DNA of 63,953 nucleotides, filler included, from Stramenopiles sp. TOSAG23-2 (taxonomy: Eukaryota), in NCBI GenBank assembly GCA_900128395.1. It is 3 parts of 3 records of this genome, joined end to end, with 100 filler letters (N's around TTAATTAATTAA, not from the genome) between each part and the next. Parts side by side here need not be neighbours in the genome. Positions count along the whole stretch, not along the records: positions 42,717 to 63,953 come from LT649541.1; 2 more parts are not named here. The stretch is one strand, 5' to 3'. The notes beneath the pieces are model-generated. The model saw nothing but the letters and a program-made list of their open reading frames with translations, was not told the DNA's origin and searched no databases. Every line of letters begins with the position of its first letter. Position 1 is the first letter of the stretch. The translations under genes were made by a program, and so were the position numbers. This document shows, piece after piece, positions 46,101 through 55,964 of the stretch.

Positions 46101-48452
46101 AATTTTATTGGTGACCAATCATTGATTAATTGGAAAGAACAAGCTGAAAAGAGAGACAATGGATTGCAATCAAGTTTACTTGACATGTCAAAACATAAAG
46201 GTCGTGACGTTGTCAAAGTGAAACGTCCAGGTGTGTATAAAGTTGAAAAATTCCATGACCCACCAAAATTAGGTACAGATTCATTTGGCCCGGGACATTA
46301 TGAAAATGTAGATGAACAATACGAAGCGTTGATTAGACGTAAACCTGGCTCAAAAGCATATGTCTCATTTGCTAAAGGAATTGGTAGGAAAGAAGCATTT
46401 GGTCCGTTTGGTGATAAACCGGAAGTTGTATTAGATGAAGATAAACAGTTAGAAATAGAATTTGGAATAGGTGGTGATGGTGAAATTATCGATTTAGAGC
46501 CACCAGTAAACCGACCAAATCAAAAAGATAATACGAAATCATTCACTTGGAGTAAGCTACCACGAGATCCAAGTAAAGAAAAAGATGGAGAGGCGCAAGA
46601 ATTGATATTAGAACCTGATATGGATTGGGGTAAAAAAGGACGAGATGTGATTAAACCAACTGCTAAATTAAAATACGAACCATTTTCAAGACAAACGGGG
46701 CGTCCGGTTGACGTAAAGAAAGGTGGAGGAGATGCTGATCAAGAATATGGAGATGGGTACGACATGGATGATTACGGCATGGAAGGTGATATTGTGGATA
46801 TTGATCCACGGTTAACACCATTAGAAAGACGTGTAAAAACAGCAAAAATATCCTCTAAACCACGATGGAAGACTGAAATAGTATCACAAGATATGTATGA
46901 TCATGAAGGTGAGGAAGGAAGAAACTTGATTCTCTCCCCAAAAGAGGATCCTAGAAAGGAACGTAGAGATCGTCATACCGTTGATTTCACAAAGCAAAAA
47001 CCTCGTTGGGCAGCTGATGAGATAGATTTTGATATGGAAGGAGATATGGCATTTGCACCTAGTGATAATGCATCTAATGTCGTTTACGATGTTGACCGTG
47101 GACATGATGCTTTGAATGGTGATAAATCCAAAGGTAATGTTGGAGTTAGTTGGAATACGCAAAAGCCACGCTTTACACCAAAACAAAAACGTGATGCGTT
47201 AATGGATGATTATGGAGGCGATTCGCCAAAATTAATATTGTCTCCTAAAGAACATGGGCAATCTACCGTAAAACCTGTGAAGCAAGGTGTTGCAATGTCC
47301 AAAAGCAGACCACGATGGGAACCGAAAGATACTATTGCAGTAGATGATTTCGAGTTGCCAAATGAAGGCGAAGGTTTGATATTGAGACCTACGGAAGAGC
47401 GTGAAGCCTTCCAGCAGCCTCGTATACAATCAGCTACTACATTAGAAAAAAGTAGACCAAGATGGACACCAAAAGTAGATAGAAGCAACGTAAATGATAT
47501 TGATCATAGCGATATAAAAGATGGTGAAGCATTAATACTAGAACCAACACGTAAAGGTATTGAAAAACGAGAAGCGCCAACAGCAAAAATGAAACAACAA
47601 CGTGGACGTTCTGAACCAGTTGGTAATGAACGTAATAAAGTTGATACATCTGATCTGGTCTATTCCCCAAATGTTGATTTTGGTCGTAAAAATAATCAAC
47701 CAATGGTACGTAGTGTTCGCGAAGTTCAACGACAACGTAAAAAGGAACTGGAAAACAAAATGGATATGATGGATGATTTGTCGAAGGAGGAACGGAAAAA
47801 AATGCGAAGGGATTTAAAACAAAAATTTTTAAAGGAAAATTTACGGAAAAAAATGACTGAACCATGGAGTAAAAAACCATTAAAATCATCATCATCCTCG
47901 ACAAATAGTTTGAAAAATAAAAAGGATGATATTAATGGATTAAATGTTGGCATGGAAGAGTTAATTATATCACCAAATACGGCAAAAGAGAAATTAAATG
48001 CAAAAACAAAACGTGGTATTAACATGTTAAAACAAGGAATTAGTAGATCTGAGATGAATAACACAACAACTGACTATGATGGTGGTATCGATAATATTCC
48101 AAGATCAGTAAAAATTGATAATAAAGAATATATCAATGACAAACCAAAAACTCCAACAAATAAAGAAAAGTTTATGATGAAAGAAGATTTAACAGGTACA
48201 ATTGCACCTGTGAAAAAAACATTCGCGAGAAAAGTTCCTAAAAATCAAAAACCACCAAAACCAGCTGGTAGATTAAAAAGCAAAGTTAAATTATCTAATA
48301 CATTAATTGGAGGTATACGGAAAACAAAGAAAAAGAAGAAGAAGAAAGATTTGAGTAAAACTATTGCACCAATTCAAAAAACAAAAGCAGAAATAGTTAG
48401 AGATCAAATGTTAAATTTACAATTTGAAAATGATGATGAAGATTGGGATTAA
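43131..48452 (+). CDS. Sperm-tail PG-rich (SHIPPO/STPG, PGPGxY) repeat protein with two fascin-like beta-trefoil domains
   Basis: LPGPGEY, VPGPGAY, AGPGMYDV, FGPGHY; beta-trefoil-like strands VTFKASRGRHL, CRLQSEFGLYLTA, FALRNIHRDYIT, IALKSVKNESYLS; 8-9 LILxP...KPRW repeats. Confidence 0.75.
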   Translation: MMDDIQMSSSSEDELLQLQRTLDLLTKDQDKMEAGVIKLHNRNRNIHEIDVEYDSKMRNEYLKETRSKGVLPGPGEYVYKSSFGSTIGGKMNPLPKKKNNNIFDNNNEKNSNNNNENNNNKSMIDSKGIERGYKATKKRVTGISFGQRSKKPSFLSEKDEFNLIVKSFFGTAKRNDIGKVLIVSKLGDKILHPDTNYDHITLKGSVEKAHPSSVFSVTFLGKHVTFKASRGRHLNCSSKIVKCERMAANRHGSEFLIEKVDNMKKYCRLQSEFGLYLTAKSDGKIVCEALIDETDIEFDGKSSQWFYSVPYTSDSNSYNINDDLIKPRIIRGNVLFGTPKSKINTTPSNKIFNSTEGIPKTPKTTKAKDKASSSFLVLDQTKGYDHVERKAPVAKFGTSSRFGTSKKANGDAFESLRGEKLLNWFQNSRERKVYLKLKNGKKYLKPKQPGPLKIVEKENVDQECVISFCHIEGNEFALRNIHRDYITCHVADQSTMETDEDDDNSEIVIKKDKDSDENEIGFLMETKGMRIALKSVKNESYLSVKEQKISSSKKKSDAVYFTPVPYAPIYNPNDSITRPTIQTGKWTTPTNKSRKKKQSSIVENSPALSSNSDSIGLETPSIGAPTPGGNISLMDGGDEPMDVEPNVANRITPQRGTPNDSFTRPRVLGGAWGPAPSTDDIDKQRHKRKRENTVPGPGAYSIESGIKKLTEKSTSTIIAPPAVKRTKNQARALRQHRKNLRREQNTAGPGMYDVGRASEVLRHGPNAFAEKERPTFSRSSRGIIEDQTKRKQKNKAKKEYSLEESKYSEDYLRNEEIIADNEAWKDGEISAMLQKPDLNASYVKPRVKGGAWTHKSKKSTWKNYHALKKARREKEKLKSIGHYDVKHDKVEKGVTGVPLLEQEVKSRKATKKKVKKATLNRKLKEHFEEAIRTYVDDMPEKGEFLDTQLHDDWAKKETNKPVFQYREEEPLTSPVARLKKERERELRGPENFIGDQSLINWKEQAEKRDNGLQSSLLDMSKHKGRDVVKVKRPGVYKVEKFHDPPKLGTDSFGPGHYENVDEQYEALIRRKPGSKAYVSFAKGIGRKEAFGPFGDKPEVVLDEDKQLEIEFGIGGDGEIIDLEPPVNRPNQKDNTKSFTWSKLPRDPSKEKDGEAQELILEPDMDWGKKGRDVIKPTAKLKYEPFSRQTGRPVDVKKGGGDADQEYGDGYDMDDYGMEGDIVDIDPRLTPLERRVKTAKISSKPRWKTEIVSQDMYDHEGEEGRNLILSPKEDPRKERRDRHTVDFTKQKPRWAADEIDFDMEGDMAFAPSDNASNVVYDVDRGHDALNGDKSKGNVGVSWNTQKPRFTPKQKRDALMDDYGGDSPKLILSPKEHGQSTVKPVKQGVAMSKSRPRWEPKDTIAVDDFELPNEGEGLILRPTEEREAFQQPRIQSATTLEKSRPRWTPKVDRSNVNDIDHSDIKDGEALILEPTRKGIEKREAPTAKMKQQRGRSEPVGNERNKVDTSDLVYSPNVDFGRKNNQPMVRSVREVQRQRKKELENKMDMMDDLSKEERKKMRRDLKQKFLKENLRKKMTEPWSKKPLKSSSSSTNSLKNKKDDINGLNVGMEELIISPNTAKEKLNAKTKRGINMLKQGISRSEMNNTTTDYDGGIDNIPRSVKIDNKEYINDKPKTPTNKEKFMMKEDLTGTIAPVKKTFARKVPKNQKPPKPAGRLKSKVKLSNTLIGGIRKTKKKKKKKDLSKTIAPIQKTKAEIVRDQMLNLQFENDDEDWD

Positions 48453-48766
48453 AAAATATTTTTTTGGAATTGGGGGAGAGAGAGAGAAATTGAAATTAGG
48501 CCCATTCCATAAATGTACACTAAAAATCATGTTTTTTTCTCTAAATATTTTATCAATTAAAATACCCTTTCTACGTGTTGTACCTAGTTTGGATTCGTAA
48601 TAATCATAACGCGCGTATAATTGTTGTCATTTTTTATTTTTTGTGCGGGAGGCCTTTTTACTTTACACAAACAGTACGAAGTATTGAAACCTCTTCTTTC
48701 AGCAGTCACATATACGGATACACGCACACACCAGAGTACTGAACTGCTGCGCGCCATTTTTCGTTT

Positions 48767-49852
48767 TTAACATATAGTACAACATCCCATCTCGTAAACT
48801 GTTCTTAAAAATGGATTTGAACCATTTGAATATCTTAAAAACATGTCTTGGACTTGCATGAAGGCAACAAGAATAAAACGTTTACCTGAGGTTATCCTCC
48901 TTCCGCTATGTGCAAGGAAACCATAATGAGATAAACACATACCTTGTTTCAAATGAACATCAACATCGTATGGGTCACATAAATTTGTTCCACCTCCTTC
49001 AAATTCATTTGGATTAGATAGTAATATATTAAAAGTCATAACACTACCATCTCGATGCTGCAATAAACGATCTTGTCTTCCTGTATTTTCTGCATCATAC
49101 TTTACAACAAATATCTCTTCGAATTTAATTCTGCTGGGATCAATTTTTAAAATATCTTTAGCCAATTTCCTTTTTAAACGATTTAATTCCATCATCGTTC
49201 TGTCATCTGTATTTTCTGCATCATACTTTACAACAAATATCTCTTCGAATTTAATTCTGCTGGGATCAATTTTTAAAATATCTTTAGCCAATTTCCTTTT
49301 TAAACGATTTAATTCCATCATCGTTCTGTCATATATTATAGGGAATGACTTTTCAAGTAGATCTAGTTCTAAATCTGTCGTTGCGGCGTGACAATGTCGT
49401 GCTGTATTCCACCCATCTCTGTCAATAACTTCATGATCGCAAACTGATGATGATAATAATTTATATTTCTTAATTCTACTTTTAGCAATAGATTTGGACG
49501 CATTGATTATGGCAGTACAAAGCTTTGGTGTCAAAAGTTTTGTTGTAAATACACTTTCTTTTGTTTCAAATCGAGAATCTTCACCAGATTTTGTTTTGTC
49601 GTAAAAATAAATTTTATCTATTGAATTTTTCACTTCTAAAAACTTTAGCTCAAATTCATTTTGTTTTTTTCTTTTTGGTATACGAAAATCGAACTTTATT
49701 GATTTTCTTTTTGTAATGTAATTGCTATTATTTGGCAATTTATAATCTTCATCTTCTTTAATTTCCATTTCTTTACTTTTCGGTTTACTAGCACATTGAA
49801 TCATTTCCTTTCCATGTGCCGGGTATGCGTATATTTTATCTGTTTTTCTCAT
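48767..49852 (-). CDS. 2OG-Fe(II) oxygenase, procollagen-lysine hydroxylase C-terminal-like
   Basis: GWNTARH...TTD, FVVKY, HRD, TFNILLS...FEGGGT, HSGRRITSGKRFILVAF; contains an exact in-frame 126-bp duplication (49081-49206/49207-49332). Confidence 0.88.
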   Translation of the reverse strand: MRKTDKIYAYPAHGKEMIQCASKPKSKEMEIKEDEDYKLPNNSNYITKRKSIKFDFRIPKRKKQNEFELKFLEVKNSIDKIYFYDKTKSGEDSRFETKESVFTTKLLTPKLCTAIINASKSIAKSRIKKYKLLSSSVCDHEVIDRDGWNTARHCHAATTDLELDLLEKSFPIIYDRTMMELNRLKRKLAKDILKIDPSRIKFEEIFVVKYDAENTDDRTMMELNRLKRKLAKDILKIDPSRIKFEEIFVVKYDAENTGRQDRLLQHRDGSVMTFNILLSNPNEFEGGGTNLCDPYDVDVHLKQGMCLSHYGFLAHSGRRITSGKRFILVAFMQVQDMFLRYSNGSNPFLRTVYEMGCCTIC

Positions 49853-50276
49853 TGTAATTATTTTGTTCTTTTGATTTTCACAACCAATACGTTTGAATTA
49901 CTCTACCTCTTTAATCTATTTTTTTTCCCTTTTCTAAAATCTAGATATTGTTACATATATATATCTATATATATCTACTACGCACACACAGTGCAAAAAT
50001 AATAAGTCGTGATTTATGTATTGGTGTCGTAAAGTGATAGACAGAATAATTACTGTAGCATGGAATAGCAGGCGCATTGCAAAAAAAAAGGCTTTTACAC
50101 AAACAACAACTTGCAAAACACACACAATCGAGTCAGCAAGTCACACAGCAAAATTCATAATAATAAAAATACATTTTAATTTAATGGAAAAGAGTAGCTA
50201 AGAACTCTGGAAAAGAAATTTTTATAATCAAATCATTTATCCCTTGAGTGTGGGAAATATATATATAGAGAGAGAT

Positions 50277-51587
50277 ATGATGCGGATGTACAATAATACA
50301 TCGTGGAGGAAATCATTTCAATTTATTTATTTATTTATATTATTTATTACAACATGTAATAGTATTATCAATGAAAATAATAATAATAAATATTATAATG
50401 TAGTAGATTTTGGTGCAAAGGGAGATGGAAAAACCTTTGATACAATTGCTATACAAAGAGCCGTACGTGCAGTAGCCCATGAAGGATCAGGGACGATTAT
50501 TTTTCCAAAGAATAAAATATTTTTAACTGGTCCTTTTAATTTGACTTCGTTTTGTACCCTTTTTATTGAAGAAAACACAACAATATTAGGTTCCTTTAAT
50601 AAAGCGGATTATATGCGTATACCTGCACTCCCATCATATGGTCAAGGGAAACATGGCGGTCCAACACGACGAATTTCGTTAATCCATGGAGAAAATTTAA
50701 CAAATGTTATTATTACAGGGAAAAATGGAACGATTGATGGGAATGGCGCTGTATGGTGGGATCATAAAGAAAAAAATGATACTGCACCTCATTTAATTGA
50801 ATTTATGTATAGTTTTAACATTGAGGTATCACATGTCACACTGATAAATACACCTTTTTGGACAGTTCATCCATATATATGTAAAGGATTTCTTGCGCAT
50901 CACGTATGGATTATCAATCCATCAAATGTCACAAATACAGATGGAATTGATCCTGATTCGACACAGGATGTATTGATTCATAATGTATATATTAACACAG
51001 GCGATGATGGGATAGCTATTAAATCTGGTTGGGATGAATATGGATACGATGTCGTCAATATTTCAAGCCGGAATATTACCATTCGTGATTCTACAATTAC
51101 TACACCTTGCGCTGCAATTAGTGTTGGATCGGAAATGAGTGGGGGTGTAGCTGATGTATATATTTCTAATACATATTTGTACGATACAACTGCTGGTGTA
51201 CACATTAAATCTGGACGTGGTCGTGGTGGTTATGTACATAATATCTTCATGGAAAAATTAACAATGAATAACTGTTTCTATGGAATTATGGTTGATACCG
51301 ATAGTGATAAGACACCTGATAATACTCCAGGGCATCATTTTAATTTAAGTGCGATTCCAGATATAAGAAATATATCGGCTCGTAATATAAATGGTAAAAA
51401 AAGCAAAGTTGTTGCAAAATTAATTGGTTTAAAAGAAGATCCAATGCGGGATATCAAATTAGAAAATATACATTTTAATGACGATGCAATATATGAATGT
51501 GGTAATGTTTCTGGTACATATACCAATACATTTCCAAAACCGTGTGATTTATTAATACCGGAGGAGATATATGTGAGGGGGGTGTAG
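50277..51587 (+). CDS. Glycoside hydrolase family 28 (polygalacturonase, exo-type-like), secreted
   Basis: YNVVDFGAKGDG, NTDGIDPDS, GDDGIAIKSG, SVGSEMSGG, HIKSGRGRGG; N-terminal hydrophobic segment. Confidence 0.95.
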   Translation: MMRMYNNTSWRKSFQFIYLFILFITTCNSIINENNNNKYYNVVDFGAKGDGKTFDTIAIQRAVRAVAHEGSGTIIFPKNKIFLTGPFNLTSFCTLFIEENTTILGSFNKADYMRIPALPSYGQGKHGGPTRRISLIHGENLTNVIITGKNGTIDGNGAVWWDHKEKNDTAPHLIEFMYSFNIEVSHVTLINTPFWTVHPYICKGFLAHHVWIINPSNVTNTDGIDPDSTQDVLIHNVYINTGDDGIAIKSGWDEYGYDVVNISSRNITIRDSTITTPCAAISVGSEMSGGVADVYISNTYLYDTTAGVHIKSGRGRGGYVHNIFMEKLTMNNCFYGIMVDTDSDKTPDNTPGHHFNLSAIPDIRNISARNINGKKSKVVAKLIGLKEDPMRDIKLENIHFNDDAIYECGNVSGTYTNTFPKPCDLLIPEEIYVRGV

Positions 51588-51778
51588 AGAGAAAAGTGTA
51601 GAGCACACGAGTACTTTTGTACATTCGCCATCAAATGTTACGTCGTACTCGTACGTAGAAAAATTATTTATATTATAACACAGAGAAAAGGAGTAGTAAA
51701 ATTTAATACGTAACGTCTTACGAATATGTATTTTTTTTTTACAACTGTGCTCTAACACACGCACACTCTGTACTTTCT

Positions 51779-53893
51779 CTACACATATACAATACTGGTT
51801 GCCATCCCATGCTTAATATGCTCAATCATATGACAATGAAATAACCATTGACCTGGATTATTCGTTTGAAAACATATGGTAGCACTATGGCATCTTGGAG
51901 GAATTTGTATCGTATCTCTAACAGGGCCATCTTCAAGTATTTCTCCGTCTAATTCTACCACTTGAAAACTATGTCCATGTAAATGCATTGGGTGCCCCGT
52001 ATGCCCATTATTTTGCATTTTTATACAATACTTCTTATTTTCATATACGACAATTGGTTTTGGATTCATAACAACCATGCCATCTTTTTCAAATTTTGCC
52101 AAGTCCCATAATACATGATTCATACTAAATACATGCAACCATCCACTGGTCAAATTCATTGGTATAATTTCTTCAACTTCATCTGGTCTGTAAGATATTT
52201 TAGGAACATCATCATATTTTGCTTTTAATTTTTTTTCCAAATCATAATATATTAATGGAGATTTCTTATCAGCTAATTCGGATGGAATTTGAAAATTATT
52301 TTCTTCATTTTTTGCATTATTATTATCAGCTGCTGCTGCTGCGGACGACGACGGCGACGATTGTTTCTTTGCTTTTAATATAATACCAGTTCGATTTCGC
52401 TCACCTTGCCATTGTGCTAAGATAGGATGATATGAATACTTGGGTGATTTCTCATCATTACTAGATAATGGAATTGTAAATTTTATATCCATTCGTTGAC
52501 CTGAACAGATAGGAAATTTTTTTTCCGTCACTCCACTTTGAACATTAATACCATCGACACTTTGTACTTCTGCATCTATATTATTTGGCATGTAAATCCA
52601 AAAACATACTGAGCCTGCAGAATTAATAATTCTCAGTACAATTTCATCACCTTCAGCAACATTGATTATTTGTGGATCTTTCAATGTTTTTCCATTTGCT
52701 AATAATCGATCATATGATCCCCATAACGTCCCAAATCTAGCATGAAGCCAATCCAACGATGGTAACTGATTTGCTTTTTCATCATAACGACACATATTAA
52801 ACGCTTCATCTTCCGTATTTGATAGATCCGCATTTGTTACTGACGGGCATTGTTTACAGTTATTGCTTTTCATTTTATTACATAACGATTGCGAGCACAT
52901 GACACCTTTTCTTGGCTTTCCATTACAGGAACATTGTAAATATTCATATCTACCAAGAAAAACGGGGCATATACATGGATTAGATTCATCAAAATCATTT
53001 TGAACAAATTTATATGGTATATCTTTCGTATCAATCGGTATTTTATTTGGACAAAAATCGGCATTTCCAGACGCACATTCCGGATGTCTTGACATTCCAT
53101 CTTCTAAAAATAATAGCAAATCACGTTTTTTATTATTAGTAGCATCATTATATTTGATTTCTTCCTCTACATCTTCACCATCAATAGCAAGGAAAAAAGC
53201 TCCTAAACGTTGTTGATGTTGCCATTTAAAATGCGAATGCATAAAAAATGTACCTGGATGTTCAATATCGAAATCATAGTTTGCCATCCCACCATTTTTA
53301 TCAATTGCTTGTCCAGTTAAACCAGGTACACCATCTTGTTCAAATGGTACGACAATTCCATGCCAATGTAGCATGGTTGGTTCATTTAATAAATTTTCCA
53401 CTTTAAGACTAACATGTTTCCCTTTCTTTAAACGTACAACAATGCCTTCAATACCTTGTCGTTCTTCCCAACACATATTTTTTGTACATGGGATAGCATT
53501 AGGCTTTAACCTGATACCAAGTTCAATATTATATTTATCGTTAATATCAATAAACGGACGTTTATATATTTGTAAATGCAAACGATTGGTATCTGAAAAA
53601 TCTCCAGGTGACATACCACTTTGTATTATTATATATATAATATAAAATGTTCCAACTATTAATCCACAACCAAATAGATGATAAACAAGACTGGATGCAT
53701 TGTTAAATACATTTTTCTTATTATTATTATTATTATTTTCGTCTCCAAAATAATATTCATTATTATCGTTTAATTGCCGATATTGTGTGGAATTACTACT
53801 TAATGGTATGGACAATGTATTATTATTCACACCACTCTTATTAGTCATTTCCATCATTTTATTGTTGTTGTTGTTGTTGTTGTTAAGCATCAT
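51779..53893 (-). CDS. Three-domain multicopper oxidase with N-terminal TM anchor
   Basis: Copper motifs HWHG, MHSH, HPMHLHGH and HCHMIEHIKHGM (axial Met). Confidence 0.95.
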   Translation of the reverse strand: MMLNNNNNNNNKMMEMTNKSGVNNNTLSIPLSSNSTQYRQLNDNNEYYFGDENNNNNNKKNVFNNASSLVYHLFGCGLIVGTFYIIYIIIQSGMSPGDFSDTNRLHLQIYKRPFIDINDKYNIELGIRLKPNAIPCTKNMCWEERQGIEGIVVRLKKGKHVSLKVENLLNEPTMLHWHGIVVPFEQDGVPGLTGQAIDKNGGMANYDFDIEHPGTFFMHSHFKWQHQQRLGAFFLAIDGEDVEEEIKYNDATNNKKRDLLLFLEDGMSRHPECASGNADFCPNKIPIDTKDIPYKFVQNDFDESNPCICPVFLGRYEYLQCSCNGKPRKGVMCSQSLCNKMKSNNCKQCPSVTNADLSNTEDEAFNMCRYDEKANQLPSLDWLHARFGTLWGSYDRLLANGKTLKDPQIINVAEGDEIVLRIINSAGSVCFWIYMPNNIDAEVQSVDGINVQSGVTEKKFPICSGQRMDIKFTIPLSSNDEKSPKYSYHPILAQWQGERNRTGIILKAKKQSSPSSSAAAAADNNNAKNEENNFQIPSELADKKSPLIYYDLEKKLKAKYDDVPKISYRPDEVEEIIPMNLTSGWLHVFSMNHVLWDLAKFEKDGMVVMNPKPIVVYENKKYCIKMQNNGHTGHPMHLHGHSFQVVELDGEILEDGPVRDTIQIPPRCHSATICFQTNNPGQWLFHCHMIEHIKHGMATSIVYV

Positions 53894-54770
53894 TCTCTTT
53901 TTCTTTTACGATTGGTTTTGTTGTGTTAAAACATTTACTAAAACATTTCCTTTTTTTTGTCTATATTTCTGTATATATTAAATTTTGATATTGTATCCAT
54001 CATTCAGTTTTTAGTTTGTACTCCTTTAGGCACGCGATTATTTTTATAATTAATAATATTGATTGTATTGCACTACCTGGTATTCATGTATTCATTTTTT
54101 ACAGAATGAAATATAATACTACCGATAGGTACCTGGTACCTAGTATTATGATTTAAATTATCATGGATATTTATCTTCTTCAAACCATTTCATTAATTAT
54201 ATTACAGGTGAATACGATTAGTGCATTACATCCTTATAGATCATTTTTGTATTTTTGGTCATTTGGTCATTTATAGTCTCTTTACATAGGTAAATAAATA
54301 TGTATGGATTTAAGTATTGTAATATCGATACTTTAACTTGCTTTAAAACTTTCTCACTTTTTACGATTTTGATGAGATTTTGATATAGGTACATTGGGTA
54401 TGTTAAGTATAATAAGGTACATATACTAGATACTAGATACTTAACTTGAAATTTTGAAATTTATAGGTAAATTTTAATATTTAAGTATAGCAAATATACT
54501 GTACTAAAATGCACAAATATTATCACAGCAATTGCTCTCTGGCTCTCTTGCGCAAAACTTGCCATGTCTCGTCTAACCACAACAGGCAAAAAAGGCTAAA
54601 AACACATTTCACAAATTAAAAATGGAATCATTTCACTTCCTTCTCACCACAACTCCGGTTCATAGACGACTATTTCATAATATAAAAGAGTGGAATCGTA
54701 TGTTCCAGTGTGGTATGTAAAAGGTGGTAGCTGCTATAATTATAATATTGTTTGTGGGGGAAAAAAAAAA

Positions 54771-55964
54771 ATGCCGTTTAAAACATGTTATAAAAAATAT
54801 AGTATACAAATTATCTGGTCCGTTTGTTTTGTTTCAACTATTTTTGTAATTATTATGCCATATATATTAGATGCTATATTGAAAGGACGTGGGATTGAAA
54901 TACATGGTGAGAAAAAAGATACATGTAAAACAACTGTGAAAAATTGCACACAGTTTGCCAAAGAAGAACATTGGTGTGCAAGAATACAATGGAATCATTT
55001 TATGAGGACAAAATTCAATAGTACCTCTGCTGTATCATTTTGCATCATGGGTTTTATTATTATTGCATTAGCTGTTACCATGGAAGAAAAAAACAAATTA
55101 TCTGAAAAATTAAAAAAAATGTATTTAATTCGTTGGTTCTTTTTTACACCTCGATCAAACCATATACAATTGTACACACCTTTTTCGTATTACTATGGTT
55201 TAATGATGGTTTGGGGTGGTATTGGTTCATTTTACAACCATGCATCTGTTACACATTTTTCAAGAGAAGTTGACCGTGCATCTATTTGGGCAATGCTTAC
55301 GCCTGTAGTAACATTTTCCTTTTTAAGATATCAAAAAGTAAATAATAATAACCGAAAAATAACAACAACAATCAATAATAATAATAACAATGAAATAATA
55401 AAATTACCATCGGAACAATTAAAATTATATCGATCTATTCTTACATTTCTATGGACGATGACATTTGCAACAATTATAATGCATTTTGTAGGTGGTGACC
55501 ATCCTGTTATTGAACGGCTACCTGGAATAGTTCTCTCGCTTGGAGTTTTGGTTATCATTTTGAATATTGTTATACGTCATTTTATATCAAATAAAGAAGT
55601 TAAAATATGTTCTCGTTGTTTTGGTACAACATGCTGTAATAAATTACCAAAACCAGGTGATGGAAAGACTAATTTATATTTAATATTACCATTTATATGC
55701 TTTGTATTGACTATTGTTGCAGTATTTATGCAAGATCCAAAACGAATATACGGTGGAAAATGCGATCCTGATGGACCAGAACATAAGATGACACATGGTT
55801 ATTGGCATATACTATTGAGCATTATACTATTTAAAATCTGGTTGTTTTTATATACCGAAAATGAAAATGGTATAGTTGTTGTTGTAAATGATGATGATGT
55901 TTTAGTAGAAAGAGGGGGAAAGAACGAGGATGTAAATAATGAATTAACAACTATTAGCAATTAA
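54771..55964 (+). CDS. CREST superfamily multi-pass membrane hydrolase (alkaline ceramidase-like)
   Basis: Multiple TM helices; SxxxH (GSFYNHAS), conserved D (VDRAS) and HxxWH (HGYWH). Confidence 0.8.
   Translation: MPFKTCYKKYSIQIIWSVCFVSTIFVIIMPYILDAILKGRGIEIHGEKKDTCKTTVKNCTQFAKEEHWCARIQWNHFMRTKFNSTSAVSFCIMGFIIIALAVTMEEKNKLSEKLKKMYLIRWFFFTPRSNHIQLYTPFSYYYGLMMVWGGIGSFYNHASVTHFSREVDRASIWAMLTPVVTFSFLRYQKVNNNNRKITTTINNNNNNEIIKLPSEQLKLYRSILTFLWTMTFATIIMHFVGGDHPVIERLPGIVLSLGVLVIILNIVIRHFISNKEVKICSRCFGTTCCNKLPKPGDGKTNLYLILPFICFVLTIVAVFMQDPKRIYGGKCDPDGPEHKMTHGYWHILLSIILFKIWLFLYTENENGIVVVVNDDDVLVERGGKNEDVNNELTTISN

Noticed and set aside
49081-49332. Novel internal repeat in the PLOD-like oxygenase
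   Set aside because: Nucleotide-identical 126-bp copy matching the window-wide duplication artefact pattern
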